64,000 nt of DNA from Myxococcota bacterium (lineage in GTDB: Bacteria; Myxococcota_A; UBA9160; UBA4427). The notes beneath the pieces are model-generated. The model saw nothing but the letters and a program-made list of their open reading frames with translations. It did no database searches and was not told the origin of the DNA. Positions 9,433-19,283 of the stretch are shown piece after piece. Where the stretch lies: positions 1 through 64,000 of the forward strand of contig JAYZFK010000006.1 of assembly GCA_036336835.1 (NCBI GenBank). The letters are read 5' to 3'. Every line of letters starts with the position of its first letter. The first letter of the stretch is position 1. A program made the position numbers and the translations under genes.

Positions 9433-10611
9433 ATGATCGACTTTCAGCTCAGTGACAACGACCAGTCCCGACTCGACCTGATCCGCCAGCAGGCGCTGAT
9501 CTGCCGGCAGCACGCGCGCTACTACGACGAGCACGAAGAGGAGTTCGCGCCCGAGCTGATCGAAGAGGCCGTCGCGCTCGGCGACCCGAGCAAGCTCCCC
9601 GGCGAGCCGTCGCCCGATGACAGCTCGCTGCCGGTGATGGCGATGCTGGCGACGATGGGGCAGATGTGGGGCGACTACACGGTACGCGCCCGGCGCCCCG
9701 AGGCGGCGCTCGGCAACGCGGCGCTCTCGGCCTCGGGCACCGACCAGCAGAAGATGCGCTGGGGCCGTGAGAACCTGGCGATGGCGATCACGGAGCCGGG
9801 TTGCGGCTCCGACCCGTCCAAGGTGCAGACGACCGCCGTGCTCGACGAGGCGACCAACGAGTGGGTGCTGAACGGCGAGAAGATCTTCGTAACCACCGGC
9901 TGTCGTTCGACGGGTGGTGTGGTGTGGGCGTCGATCGACAAGAGCGCCGGACGCGCCGGTATCAAGTCGTTTCTCGTGATGAAGGACGCGCCCGGCTTCA
10001 GCGTGTCTCACAAGGAGAAGAAGCTCGGCATCCGTGCGGACGACACCGCGACCTTCGTGTTCCAGGACTGCCGGATCCCGCGCGATCAGCTGCTGGGCGG
10101 GGACGAGGGGATCGCGCAGAAGGGCTCGGGAGGCTTCCGCGGCGTGATGAAGACCTTCAACATGACCCGGCCCGCGACTGCGGCGTTCGGTCTCGGCATC
10201 ACCGAGGCGGCGCTCGACTTCACCCGCGAGCAGCTGGAGGCCGCGGGCATCGAGCTCGACTACGGCGCGGGTGTCGGTCGTCAGAGCGCGCTCGCCGACC
10301 GCTTCATGCGGCTCGAGGCCTACTTCGAGTCGGCCAGGCTCAACATGCTGCACGCCGTCTGGCTCGCGGGCGAGGGCAAGCCCAACAACCTCGAATCGTC
10401 GGTCTGCAAGGCACACGCCGGCAATGTCGTGCGACGCGTGATCTCGGGCTGCATCGAGCTGCTCGGGCCGCTCGGCGTGTCGCGCGAGCAGCTGATCGAG
10501 AAGTGGATGCGCGACAGCCGCATCGTCGACATCTACGAGGGCACCGGCCAGATCCAGCGGCTGATCGTGGCGCGCGGGCTGCTCGATTACACTCGCGAGG
10601 AGCTCAAGTAG
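9433..10611 (+). CDS. Acyl-CoA dehydrogenase, FadE23-like subunit
   Basis: AMAITEPGCGSD, LNGEKIFVT, KLGIRADDT, EKWMRDSRIVDIYEGTGQIQRLIVAR. Confidence 0.92.
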   Translation: MIDFQLSDNDQSRLDLIRQQALICRQHARYYDEHEEEFAPELIEEAVALGDPSKLPGEPSPDDSSLPVMAMLATMGQMWGDYTVRARRPEAALGNAALSASGTDQQKMRWGRENLAMAITEPGCGSDPSKVQTTAVLDEATNEWVLNGEKIFVTTGCRSTGGVVWASIDKSAGRAGIKSFLVMKDAPGFSVSHKEKKLGIRADDTATFVFQDCRIPRDQLLGGDEGIAQKGSGGFRGVMKTFNMTRPATAAFGLGITEAALDFTREQLEAAGIELDYGAGVGRQSALADRFMRLEAYFESARLNMLHAVWLAGEGKPNNLESSVCKAHAGNVVRRVISGCIELLGPLGVSREQLIEKWMRDSRIVDIYEGTGQIQRLIVARGLLDYTREELK

Positions 10612-10669
10612 CGCGCGCTCGAGCACGTTGCGGTCGAACCCTGGACCGCGCGCGATGCGAGGGGATCGG

Positions 10670-11638
10670 GTGAAGGCAATCGTCGTCGAACAGAAGGAGC
10701 TGTGCATCGGCGACGTGCCGGCACCCGTGCTCACCGAGAGAGCGCTGCGGATCCGCGTGGCTGCCGCCGGCATCAACCGCGCCGACCTGATGCAGCGACG
10801 CGGCCTGTATCCGCCGCCGCCGGGGGCGAGCGAGGTGCTCGGTCTCGAATGCGCCGGCGAGGTGGTCGAGATCGGCGCGGGCGTCGAGGGCTGGCGGCCG
10901 GGCGACCGCGCCATGGCGCTGCTCGCCGGCGGTGGTTATGCCGCAGAGGTCGTGGTCGACGCGGGCAGCGCGCTGCACGTCCCCGAGGCGTTCTCATGGG
11001 CCGAGGCGGCGGTCCTCCCGGAGGTCTACCTGACGGTCTTCTCGAACGTCTTCCAGATCGCCGCACTGCCCGAAGGCGGGACGCTGCTGGTCCACGGCGG
11101 CGGAAGCGGCATCGGCACGGCGTCGATCCAGCTCGCCAGGGAGGCCGGCGCGCGCATCTTCGTGACTGCCGGCTCGGCTGAGAAGTGCGCCCGATGCGTC
11201 GAGCTCGGCGCCGATCTCGCGATCGACTACAACGCGCAGGACTTCGCCGAAGAGGTCGCGAGTGCGACTGGCGGCGCCGGCGTCGACGTCGTGCTCGACT
11301 CGATCGGGGCCGGCTATCTGGACGGCAACCTGCGATCGCTCGCACTCGGAGGGCGCCTGGTGCTGATCGGTTTGATGCGGGGCGCAAAGGCCGAGATCAA
11401 CCTCGGTGCGCTGCTCGCGCGCCGGCTCAGCGTGATCGGATCGACGCTGCGCGCGAAGCCCGTCGCCGAGAAGGCCGCGATCGTCGCCGCGCTGCTCGCG
11501 CGCTTCGGGCCGGCGATCGAAGCTGGACGGTTGCGCCCGGTGCTGCACCAGACGTTCCCGCTCGAGCGCGCCGGCGAGGCTCACGCACTGATGCAGGCGA
11601 GCGGACACTTCGGGAAGATCGCCCTCGAGATCGACTGA
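10670..11638 (+). CDS. NAD(P)H-quinone oxidoreductase, PIG3 family (MDR superfamily)
   Basis: GINRADLMQRRGLYPPPPGAS..LGLECAG; LVHGGGSGIG; GHFGKI. Confidence 0.92.
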   Translation: MKAIVVEQKELCIGDVPAPVLTERALRIRVAAAGINRADLMQRRGLYPPPPGASEVLGLECAGEVVEIGAGVEGWRPGDRAMALLAGGGYAAEVVVDAGSALHVPEAFSWAEAAVLPEVYLTVFSNVFQIAALPEGGTLLVHGGGSGIGTASIQLAREAGARIFVTAGSAEKCARCVELGADLAIDYNAQDFAEEVASATGGAGVDVVLDSIGAGYLDGNLRSLALGGRLVLIGLMRGAKAEINLGALLARRLSVIGSTLRAKPVAEKAAIVAALLARFGPAIEAGRLRPVLHQTFPLERAGEAHALMQASGHFGKIALEID

Positions 11639-11716
11639 CGGGTCGCCGGAAAGCCCGAGAGATGGGCTACGCTGCGCCGCCGCGTTTTTCGCCACCGCTG
11701 GAGAGGACCCGACCGA

Positions 11717-12157
11717 ATGGCTACCGAGCGAACCCTTGCCATCATCAAGCCCGACGCCTGCGCGAAGCCCGGCGCGACGGGCGAGATCCTGCGCCGCATC
11801 GAGGAAAGTGGCCTGGTGATCATCGGGCTGAAGCGAATGCAGCTGTCCGAAGCCGTGGCCAGGGGCTTCTACGCGGTGCACCGGGAGCGGCCGTTCTACG
11901 AGGAGCTCGTGACCTTCATGACTTCGGGCCCGGTCGTCGTCGCCTGTCTGGAGGGCGCGGACGCGATCAAGCGATGGCGCGATCTGATGGGTCCCACCAA
12001 CTCGAGCGAGGCACCGGCCGGCACCATCCGGGGCGATCTCGGCACCGACATCCAGTGCAACGCCTCGCACGGCTCGGACGCGCCCGAGACCGCTGCGAAG
12101 GAGATTCCGTACTTCTTCAACGCGTCGGAGATCCAGGCGCCGGTCGAGGCCCTGTAG
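11717..12157 (+). CDS. ndk: Nucleoside diphosphate kinase
   Basis: [38 protein letters not shown]. Confidence 0.97.
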   Translation: MATERTLAIIKPDACAKPGATGEILRRIEESGLVIIGLKRMQLSEAVARGFYAVHRERPFYEELVTFMTSGPVVVACLEGADAIKRWRDLMGPTNSSEAPAGTIRGDLGTDIQCNASHGSDAPETAAKEIPYFFNASEIQAPVEAL

Positions 12158-14078
12158 CAGGAGTCGACCCGCGACCCACGCGGTCCGGGGGGCCGACCCA
12201 GATGGGCGAGGTCCAGGCGCGCTCCTGCAGCTGCTTCGGCACGCTCGGGGCGTCGCAGAAGGCCGGGCGTGCCGCCGCCTGCGCGCGGGTACAGCGGAAG
12301 CCGGTATGGCGGCAGCTCGGGTTCTCGATCACCCGGGCGTAGTAGGCCGCCCTTGCCGACGGGTCGTACGCGGGATCGCGCCAGACACCGCACAGACTCG
12401 TTGCCCCGGAGCCGCGCAGCTCACAGCTCTGGCTGTCGACCGAGGCGTCGTTGTCGCCGCCGGCGACGTCGAAGACGGCCTGGTGCAGGACCGGCCCCTC
12501 GCCGGCCCAGACCTTCACGACCTGGATCCGCTCGAGCGGCGTGCCGGGGTGGCTCGGGGTACCCGGGTCGGCGAGCGCCGAGACGAGGAACGTCGGCGCC
12601 GTGGCTCCGGCGTGTGCCGTGAGGTCGCCTCCCATGGGAACTCCCTCCGCGTAGCCTCGCTCGACGAGCCGCGCGTCGTCGCACAGGTCGTCGTCGAAGT
12701 CCCAGCTGCCGAAGAAGCGCACCTGCAGCCGCGTGCCGCTCGTCGCAAAGATCTCGCGGCGCCGCATGGCGTCGAAGATCGCCTCGCGCGTGTTCTCCTC
12801 CGCCCAGACGGCTGCGAGCCCGCCCGTCGACATGCGCCCGGGCTCCAATACCTCCGGCGGTCGTTGCACACCGTCGTGCAGCCACTCGTCGACGTCTCCC
12901 GCTGTCCCCTCGTGGTTGTCCGTACTGCCGATGACTCCGAACTTGTGGGGGTTGGCGCCAATCCGGCGCTCTTCGGCCAGGCCCGCGGCCAGGGCGTTGC
13001 GCGTGTAGTCGAGGCGCGACATGCAGCCCTGCGAGCGCAGCGCTCCCCAGCCCTGGCCGTCCTCGCAGTCCTCGTACCGCGCGCCCTGCCAGTCGCGGTA
13101 CTTCTCGAAGTTGCAGAACTCGTCCGCTGCACCGAGCACGTTCCACATGCCGTTGCGGCACTCGGAATCGCCCTTTTCCTGGAACATCTCCACGACCGGC
13201 TCGATCTCCGAGCGCAAGAGCGCGATCTCCCGCTGACGCGCGGGATCGGTTTCGCCACCGTAGGTCAGCGCGAACATCCGACCGTTGCCGAGATTCGGGT
13301 TGTGCGGGATCGCGATCACGTCACAGCCGGTGCCGTTGTCCTTGCAATCGCGTTTCAGCAGCCGCCAGAAGTCGATCATCGAGGGCACGTCGTTCGACGA
13401 GATCGGCGCAGCCATCACCTCCGAGCCCCGGAAGATGACGTTGTGGTGCAGCTTCGAGCCGCGCGGCGTGGGCGAGTACTCGTAGCCGATGAAGGCGGTG
13501 AAGGCGCACGGCGAGTTGGCCTGGTTCGCCGAGCGCTGGATCTCGGCCCACGGTGTGGTGGCGGCGGCCCGGCAGCGCTCCCGACCCGGTCCGCAGATCG
13601 ACTCGTCCGAGTACATCGTCTGGAAGACATTGGAGATGTGCGTCGCGAAGACCGCCATGTCGTCCATAGGCATCGGCGCGCGGACGAACTCGCAGGCGTC
13701 GGTGTCGTAGGCGGGTGAGCCGCGAGTGGTGCAGAGCGAGATCGCCCCGATGTTCTCCGCGTGGTCGGTCACTCCCGCGAAATCGAGTGGTCGCGCGATC
13801 GTGGCCGGTACCTCGGGACCGCGCCCGTGAACGCTGCGGATGGCGATGCTCTCGCCCCTCGCGAAACGGTACGCATCGTCGGGACGATTGGTGGTGCCGA
13901 AGAGCATTGCGTCGGCCGAGAGCCCGGTGTGGATGTGCAGGTCGCCGAAGTAGACGTGGCGCTCGGCGGAGCGGTCGGGGCAGCTGTCGCTCGAACTCGC
14001 GGGCTCGGCGGACAGCGGGAAGGCGGCGGCACAGAGCAGGGCCGCCCAGGTCCGGCGGTCCGCTTGCCAGCGCCGCAT
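12117..14078 (-). CDS. DUF3604-family secreted protein (PHP-like metal-binding)
   Basis: Signal-peptide-like N-terminus; [62 protein letters not shown]. Confidence 0.85.
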   Translation of the reverse strand: MRRWQADRRTWAALLCAAAFPLSAEPASSSDSCPDRSAERHVYFGDLHIHTGLSADAMLFGTTNRPDDAYRFARGESIAIRSVHGRGPEVPATIARPLDFAGVTDHAENIGAISLCTTRGSPAYDTDACEFVRAPMPMDDMAVFATHISNVFQTMYSDESICGPGRERCRAAATTPWAEIQRSANQANSPCAFTAFIGYEYSPTPRGSKLHHNVIFRGSEVMAAPISSNDVPSMIDFWRLLKRDCKDNGTGCDVIAIPHNPNLGNGRMFALTYGGETDPARQREIALLRSEIEPVVEMFQEKGDSECRNGMWNVLGAADEFCNFEKYRDWQGARYEDCEDGQGWGALRSQGCMSRLDYTRNALAAGLAEERRIGANPHKFGVIGSTDNHEGTAGDVDEWLHDGVQRPPEVLEPGRMSTGGLAAVWAEENTREAIFDAMRRREIFATSGTRLQVRFFGSWDFDDDLCDDARLVERGYAEGVPMGGDLTAHAGATAPTFLVSALADPGTPSHPGTPLERIQVVKVWAGEGPVLHQAVFDVAGGDNDASVDSQSCELRGSGATSLCGVWRDPAYDPSARAAYYARVIENPSCRHTGFRCTRAQAAARPAFCDAPSVPKQLQERAWTSPIWVGPPDRVGRGSTPATGPRPAPGSPTR

Positions 14079-14159
14079 CTCAGGCCCCCCCCCGGGTGAT
14101 GGTCGAAGCCATCTGCCGGGGGGCAGTCTACAACGCGGGGGTAGGGCGTTGGGAGGCGT

Positions 14160-14246
14160 TCAGATTTGCGCGCGGGCCATCAGCAGCAGGAGGCCCACGT
14201 AGGTCAGGGTCAGCCAGACATTGTGGTTGCGCAGCGCGCGGCTCAC
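14160..14246 (-). CDS. Putative 28-aa small membrane peptide MSRALRNHNVWLTLTYVGLLLLMARAQI
   Basis: GTG start 14246, TGA stop 14160; GGGGATAGGA SD-like sequence upstream; nearly all codons end in G/C; one hydrophobic stretch; not in ORF track. Confidence 0.55.
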   Translation of the reverse strand: MSRALRNHNVWLTLTYVGLLLLMARAQI

Positions 14247-14359
14247 GGCGGGTCCTATCCCCCAGCTCGACTCGCTGCGAGGAGCGCAGGCGGGTCGGCC
14301 AAATCGGAGGCAGCCGAACGGCTGCCGTACCTAGTATTCGGTGCGCCGCGCGGGGCGCG

Positions 14360-14377
14360 ATGTGATGTTTCTCACAT
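14360..14377. promoter_or_regulatory. CRP/FNR-family binding site
   Basis: aTGTGAtgtttcTCACAt matches the TGTGA-N6-TCACA consensus exactly; intergenic. Confidence 0.7.
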
Positions 14378-14415
14378 GAATCCTAGGTGAATCGGACCGG
14401 CTGGGCGCCCGACGC

Positions 14416-14455
14416 GAAAGCGCCCGGAGGCGGCTGTCCGCTTCCGGGCGCTTTC
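14416..14455 (-). terminator. Stem-loop downstream of ftsZ, probable terminator of the dcw transcript
   Basis: gaaagcgcccggaggcgg-ctgt-ccgcttccgggcgctttc, about 50 nt after the ftsZ stop; weak U tract. Confidence 0.65.
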
Positions 14456-14503
14456 CCCTACAGCAGATGCTCCGCTGGTCCGTTGGTCGGGAGGATGGGA
14501 GAC

Positions 14504-15886
14504 CTAGTCCTGTGCTCGGCGGTAGAAGGTCGGCGTCTCCCGATCTTCCTCCTCGTTCTCCTCCTGGCGCTTGCGGAGGAACGCCGGCACGTCGAATTCA
14601 TCGTCGAACGGCGACTCGAACGGGTGCCCCGCGTCGTGGCCGGATTCGACCGTCGACTGCCGGTGCGCGGCGCTCGCCGTGGGTACGTCGAGGCTTTGCT
14701 GGGCGGCCGGCTGTCTCTCGGGCTCCGGTAGCGATTCGGGCCGCAGCTCGTGGACGTTTGCCGTCTCGGGCTCGCTCCGGTAGTCGTCGAGCGGCTCGCG
14801 CACGCGCCGTCCGCGGCCGTCGTCGAGGCCGGTAGCGATCACCGTCACCCGCAGCTCCCCCTCGGGCACGGCTTCGTCGATCACCGCGCCGAAGATGATG
14901 TTCGCATCCTCGTGCGCTGCCTCCTGCACCAGCATCGAGGCCTCGTTGACCTCGTACAGGGTCATGTCGGTTCCGCCGGTGATGTTGATCAGGACGCCGC
15001 GGGCCCCGTCGATCGACAGATCCTCGAGCAGCGGACTCGAGATGGCAGCCCGCGAGGCGTCGAGTGCTCGCGTGTCGCCGGTCCCCATGCCGGTCCCCAT
15101 CATCGCTACGCCCGCTTCGTTCATCACCGTGCGCACATCGGCGAAGTCGAGGTTGATCAGGCCGTGGATCGTGATCAGATCCGAGATGCCCCGCGTGGCG
15201 TTGAGCAGTACCTCGTCGGCGAGCGTGAACGCGTCCTGGATGGCCGTTCCCTTGCCGGCGATGGCGAGCAGCCGCTGGTTCGGGATCGTGATCAGCGTGT
15301 CCACCACCTGGTGGAGCTCCTCGATCCCCCGCTCGGCGTGCCTGGTGCGGACCTTTCCCTCGAACGGGAAGGGCTTGGTCACCACGCCCACCGTCAGTGC
15401 GCCGATCTCGCGCGCGACCTCGGCCACGATGGGTGCCGCACCTGTTCCGGTGCCACCTCCCATGCCCGCGGTCACGAAGACCATGTCCGTGCCCTCGAGC
15501 AGCTCGCGGAGCCGATCCCGTGCCTCGAGCGCCGATGCGCGTCCCCTGTCCGGGTTTCCCCCGCAGCCGAGACCGCGGGTGACCTCCGAACCGAGTTGCA
15601 CCTTGATCGCCGCCAGATTGTGCTGGAGCGCCTGCGAGTCGCTATTGGCCGCAATGAACTCGACGCCGCTCATGCCGGAGTCGATCATCGAGTTGATTGC
15701 GTTGCCACCACCGCCGCCGACGCCGACGACCTTGATGGTCGCCGTCTGGTGTGCGTGGTCCTCGAATTCGAGCAGGCTGTCCTGGTCGTCCGAGTCGAGC
15801 TCGAGCAGCTCGGGTCTCTCGTCCTGGTCGTTCTGCCGCGATGCGTTCTTCGCGACCGGATTGCTCTTGCTTCGTCGCTTGGTCAT
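14504..15886 (-). CDS. ftsZ: Cell division protein FtsZ
   Basis: [33 protein letters not shown]-terminal FDVPAFLRK. Confidence 0.98.
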   Translation of the reverse strand: MTKRRSKSNPVAKNASRQNDQDERPELLELDSDDQDSLLEFEDHAHQTATIKVVGVGGGGGNAINSMIDSGMSGVEFIAANSDSQALQHNLAAIKVQLGSEVTRGLGCGGNPDRGRASALEARDRLRELLEGTDMVFVTAGMGGGTGTGAAPIVAEVAREIGALTVGVVTKPFPFEGKVRTRHAERGIEELHQVVDTLITIPNQRLLAIAGKGTAIQDAFTLADEVLLNATRGISDLITIHGLINLDFADVRTVMNEAGVAMMGTGMGTGDTRALDASRAAISSPLLEDLSIDGARGVLINITGGTDMTLYEVNEASMLVQEAAHEDANIIFGAVIDEAVPEGELRVTVIATGLDDGRGRRVREPLDDYRSEPETANVHELRPESLPEPERQPAAQQSLDVPTASAAHRQSTVESGHDAGHPFESPFDDEFDVPAFLRKRQEENEEEDRETPTFYRRAQD

Positions 15887-16063
15887 CTCTCACCCCCCGA
15901 CCGCTCGCGCACCACCCACAAGTCCACCCCACCGATGGATCGTCCCCCATGGAAAGCGCGGCGCGAATTGTACACGAATCGGTCGAAATTGTGCACTATA
16001 GAAATCCGCAATAATCGCTGTAGAAGTTGGGTTTGACACCGGTTTTCCGGCTGAGCCCGCCGC

Positions 16064-17302
16064 CTACTCGAATTCACCGTAGAACCAGTCCCGCATCCGC
16101 TGCTTGACCCGTCGGAAGATCGAGTCGTCGCGCATGCGGAAGCGGCTGTGTCCCCCTGCCTCGCGCTGGCTGTTGCCGAACACCACGAGCCCGACGCCGG
16201 TCGCGTACATCGGGCTTCGGACCACGTCCTGGAGGCCTCCGATCTGGGTCGGCGAGCCCCGCCGTACGGGTGCCTCGAAGGTTTCCTCGGCCAGCTCGGG
16301 CAAGCCGGCCAGCGCCGAGGCACCGCCCGTCAGCACCACGCCCGATGGGATCTTGTCCTCGAGCCCCGCCTTGACGATCTCCTGCCGCGCCAGGAACAAG
16401 ATCTCCTCGACTCGCGGCTCGACGATCTCGCAAAGGATCTTGCGAGAGACCTCGCGCGGCTGGCGCCCGCCGACGCTCGGTACGCTGATGATGTCGTCGC
16501 TGCCCAGATAGCGTGGTGAAGCGACGCCGAACTTCTTCTTGATCCGCTCAGCCTCATCGAACGGCGTACGCAGGCCCACGGCGATGTCGTTGGTCAGGTG
16601 GAAGCCACCGATCCCGAGCACCGATGTGCTCTTGATCGATCCGTCCTGGAACACCGCGATGTCCGTGGTACCGCCGCCGATGTCGACCAGGCACACACCG
16701 AGGTCACGCTCGTCCAGGGCGAGTACGGCCTCCGCCGATGCCAGCGGCTCGAGTACGATGTCGATCACGTCGAGCCCCGCCTTGTTGGCGCACTTCACCA
16801 CGTTCTGTGCGCTCGTCACGGCGGCGGTCACGATGTGGATCTTGGCCTCGAGCCGTACGCCGCTCATGCCGAGCGGCTCGCGGATGCCGTCCTGGTCGTC
16901 GATGATGAACTCCTGGGGGATCACGTGGATCACCTCGCGGTCCATCGGGATCGCGACGGCCTTGGCGGCGTCGATCACGCGCTTGACGTCGCCTTCGCGC
17001 ACCTCGCGGTCCTTCACCGCCACCACACCGTGCGAGTTGATCCCGCGGATGTGGCTCCCCGCGATGCCGGCGTAGACCGCCGTGATCTCGCAGTCGGCCA
17101 TCAGCTCAGCCTCTTCGACGGCCGCCTTGATCGAATCGACGGTGGCCTCGATATCGACCACCACGCCCTTGCGCAGCCCCCTGGACGGATGCGTCCCGAT
17201 CCCGACGATGTCGACGCCGACGGCTGTGCGCTCTGCCACGATCGCGCAGATCTTCGTGGTCCCGATGTCGAGGCCGACAATCAGGCCTTCATTACGTGCC
17301 AT
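16064..17302 (-). CDS. ftsA: Cell division protein FtsA
   Basis: GLDIGTTKI, GLRKGVVVDIE, VDIGGGTTD, VLTGG, PMYATGVGL, C-terminal amphipathic MRDWF. Confidence 0.98.
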   Translation of the reverse strand: MARNEGLIVGLDIGTTKICAIVAERTAVGVDIVGIGTHPSRGLRKGVVVDIEATVDSIKAAVEEAELMADCEITAVYAGIAGSHIRGINSHGVVAVKDREVREGDVKRVIDAAKAVAIPMDREVIHVIPQEFIIDDQDGIREPLGMSGVRLEAKIHIVTAAVTSAQNVVKCANKAGLDVIDIVLEPLASAEAVLALDERDLGVCLVDIGGGTTDIAVFQDGSIKSTSVLGIGGFHLTNDIAVGLRTPFDEAERIKKKFGVASPRYLGSDDIISVPSVGGRQPREVSRKILCEIVEPRVEEILFLARQEIVKAGLEDKIPSGVVLTGGASALAGLPELAEETFEAPVRRGSPTQIGGLQDVVRSPMYATGVGLVVFGNSQREAGGHSRFRMRDDSIFRRVKQRMRDWFYGEFE

Positions 17303-18348
17303 TTCCCAGTTCCCCCCATCTTGATCGAGGTCACCGAATCCACGGTGACCCTGGCTGTGGGCGGTGTCGCGCATCCGCGCGCCACCGCCGACTGATGGCC
17401 CGTCTCGTCCCGAGGCGGGCCGTTCTCCCAATCGCGCGCTGAGCACGCGGCCGACGCCCCTCGAGACGGGGACGGCCGAGCCTCTGGCGCAGGGATCGTG
17501 TCCGCGGTGCGCAGGATTGCGCGGTCGCGGAAACGCATGTCGATGCGTTCGGCGGAGCGGACCGCGGCCGGGCGGGCCGCGAGCAACGCGGCGAGTCGCG
17601 CCAGCCGTTCGTCCGGGGGCGTGCGGCCGAGCACGACCTCGGGTCCGCTGCCGGCGAGCGTGAAGCGCCAGCCGAGTGCCGCTGTGTCGCCTTCGTCCGG
17701 CAGCGCCAGTGCCTCGGGGCGCGGGATGCCGTGGGCTTCGATGCGGTCGGCGAGTGCGAGCGCCTCGGCGACGATCGATTGCGGTTCGCCGCGGCTCAGC
17801 TGAGAACCTGCCCGAAGGCGCAGCAGCCTGGGAAAGGACGTCGCTGCGACCTGGGCGAAGGGGGTGCCATCGGCTTCGACGGCCCAGAACGAGTCGGTCG
17901 CCTGCGCGTGGAGCACTGCGGCCGGCTCTCGTTCCTCCACGATCACCAGCAGCTCGCGGTCGCCGGCCGGCCGGACCCGGGCAGCGCGAACCCACGGGTG
18001 CGACCGCACGCGCTCGCCCGCTGCCGCGAGGTCGAGCGCTGCCGCGGGAACGTCCGACTCGATGCCTGCGCGCCCTGCGATCTCGCGGGCGTCGACGCGT
18101 TCGTGACCGAACACCGAGACCTGCGCGACGCTCGCGCTGGGGTCCAGTGCTGCCCAGAAGGGGACGTCGGCGCCGCCCGCGACGACGCCGAGAGCGAAGG
18201 CGCCGGCGAAGGCCAGCGCACCGACGGCGCGTCGCTGTGCGCGCGTCGCGCGTCGCCGCCGCACGCGAGCGTAGTGGTCGCGGGCTCTCGCACGCGCCGC
18301 GCCTCGTTCTCGTTCCAAGCGTGTCCTGTTCCGCTGCCGGGCTGTCAT
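17281..18348 (-). CDS. ftsQ: Cell division protein FtsQ/DivIB
   Basis: Basic N-terminus, one TM helix, POTRA-like HPWVRAARV..VEEREP, IDMRF; lies between murB and ftsA. Confidence 0.85.
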   Translation of the reverse strand: MTARQRNRTRLERERGAARARARDHYARVRRRRATRAQRRAVGALAFAGAFALGVVAGGADVPFWAALDPSASVAQVSVFGHERVDAREIAGRAGIESDVPAAALDLAAAGERVRSHPWVRAARVRPAGDRELLVIVEEREPAAVLHAQATDSFWAVEADGTPFAQVAATSFPRLLRLRAGSQLSRGEPQSIVAEALALADRIEAHGIPRPEALALPDEGDTAALGWRFTLAGSGPEVVLGRTPPDERLARLAALLAARPAAVRSAERIDMRFRDRAILRTADTIPAPEARPSPSRGASAACSARDWENGPPRDETGHQSAVARGCATPPTARVTVDSVTSIKMGGTGKWHVMKA

Positions 18349-19283
18349 TGCGTGCCTCCCCGCGCTGCCGGATCGCGCCCGACGATCTTGACCTCGGTCT
18401 CGAGCTCGATTCCGCTCGCGCTGCGCACCGTCTCTCGCGCCTGCTCGATCAGGCCGAGCACGTCGGCGGCGCTCGCATCGCCGCGGTTCACGATGAAGTT
18501 CGCGTGGACCGACGAGATCTCGGCACCGCCGAGCATCTGGCCCTTGAGTCCGGCCGCCTCGATCAGCCGTCCCGCATGGTCCCCTTCCGGGTTCTTGAAC
18601 ACCGATCCGCACGAGGGCACATCGAGCGGCTGTGTCCTCTGCCGGTGCGCCAGCTGGCGGTCGACTTCGGCCCGGACCGCGTCCGGGCTTGCTTCGCTGG
18701 TCTCGAAGACGGCGGCGACGATCACGCCGCCCCGCTCGAGATCGCGCAGCGCGCGATACTCGAAGTGGAGGTCGGAGCGTCCCAGCGTCTCGATCTCGCT
18801 GCCATCGACGCACATCAGCTCGATGCCGAGCAGGGCGTCCTCGACCTCGCGCTCCCCGATGCCCGCGTTCATCGCGACCCAGCCGCCGATCGTTCCAGGG
18901 ATTCCCGCGCCGAACTCGAGGCCGCTGCGGCCGTGCTCGATGCAGTGCTTGGTGAGTGTTGCGTGCGACACGCCGCACTCGGCGCGCAGGCTGCCGTCCG
19001 GACGCAACTCGAGCGCGCGCAGCCGCCGCATCTGCAGCACGACGCCGTCGACCCCACCGTCGAGCGCGAAGGTGTTGAAGCCCGCGCCCAGCACGGTGTG
19101 GGGGATACCGTGCGCGGCGCACGCCGAGAGAGCGCGCGCCAGCTCGCCGCGGTGGGTGGGCGTCACCAAGGCATCGGCCGGGCCGCCGACTCGCAACGAC
19201 ACGTGACGCTTGATCGGGACGTTGAAGCGCACGGCGTCTCCCAGCGACTCGCGCAGCGCCGCTCGTGCTTCGGGCGCGATCAT
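18345..19283 (-). CDS. murB: UDP-N-acetylmuramate dehydrogenase
   Basis: LRVGGPAD, GLEFGAGIPGTIGG..MNAG, QPLDVPSCGSVFKNP, HANFIVN, LETEV. Confidence 0.96.
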   Translation of the reverse strand: MIAPEARAALRESLGDAVRFNVPIKRHVSLRVGGPADALVTPTHRGELARALSACAAHGIPHTVLGAGFNTFALDGGVDGVVLQMRRLRALELRPDGSLRAECGVSHATLTKHCIEHGRSGLEFGAGIPGTIGGWVAMNAGIGEREVEDALLGIELMCVDGSEIETLGRSDLHFEYRALRDLERGGVIVAAVFETSEASPDAVRAEVDRQLAHRQRTQPLDVPSCGSVFKNPEGDHAGRLIEAAGLKGQMLGGAEISSVHANFIVNRGDASAADVLGLIEQARETVRSASGIELETEVKIVGRDPAARGGTQ

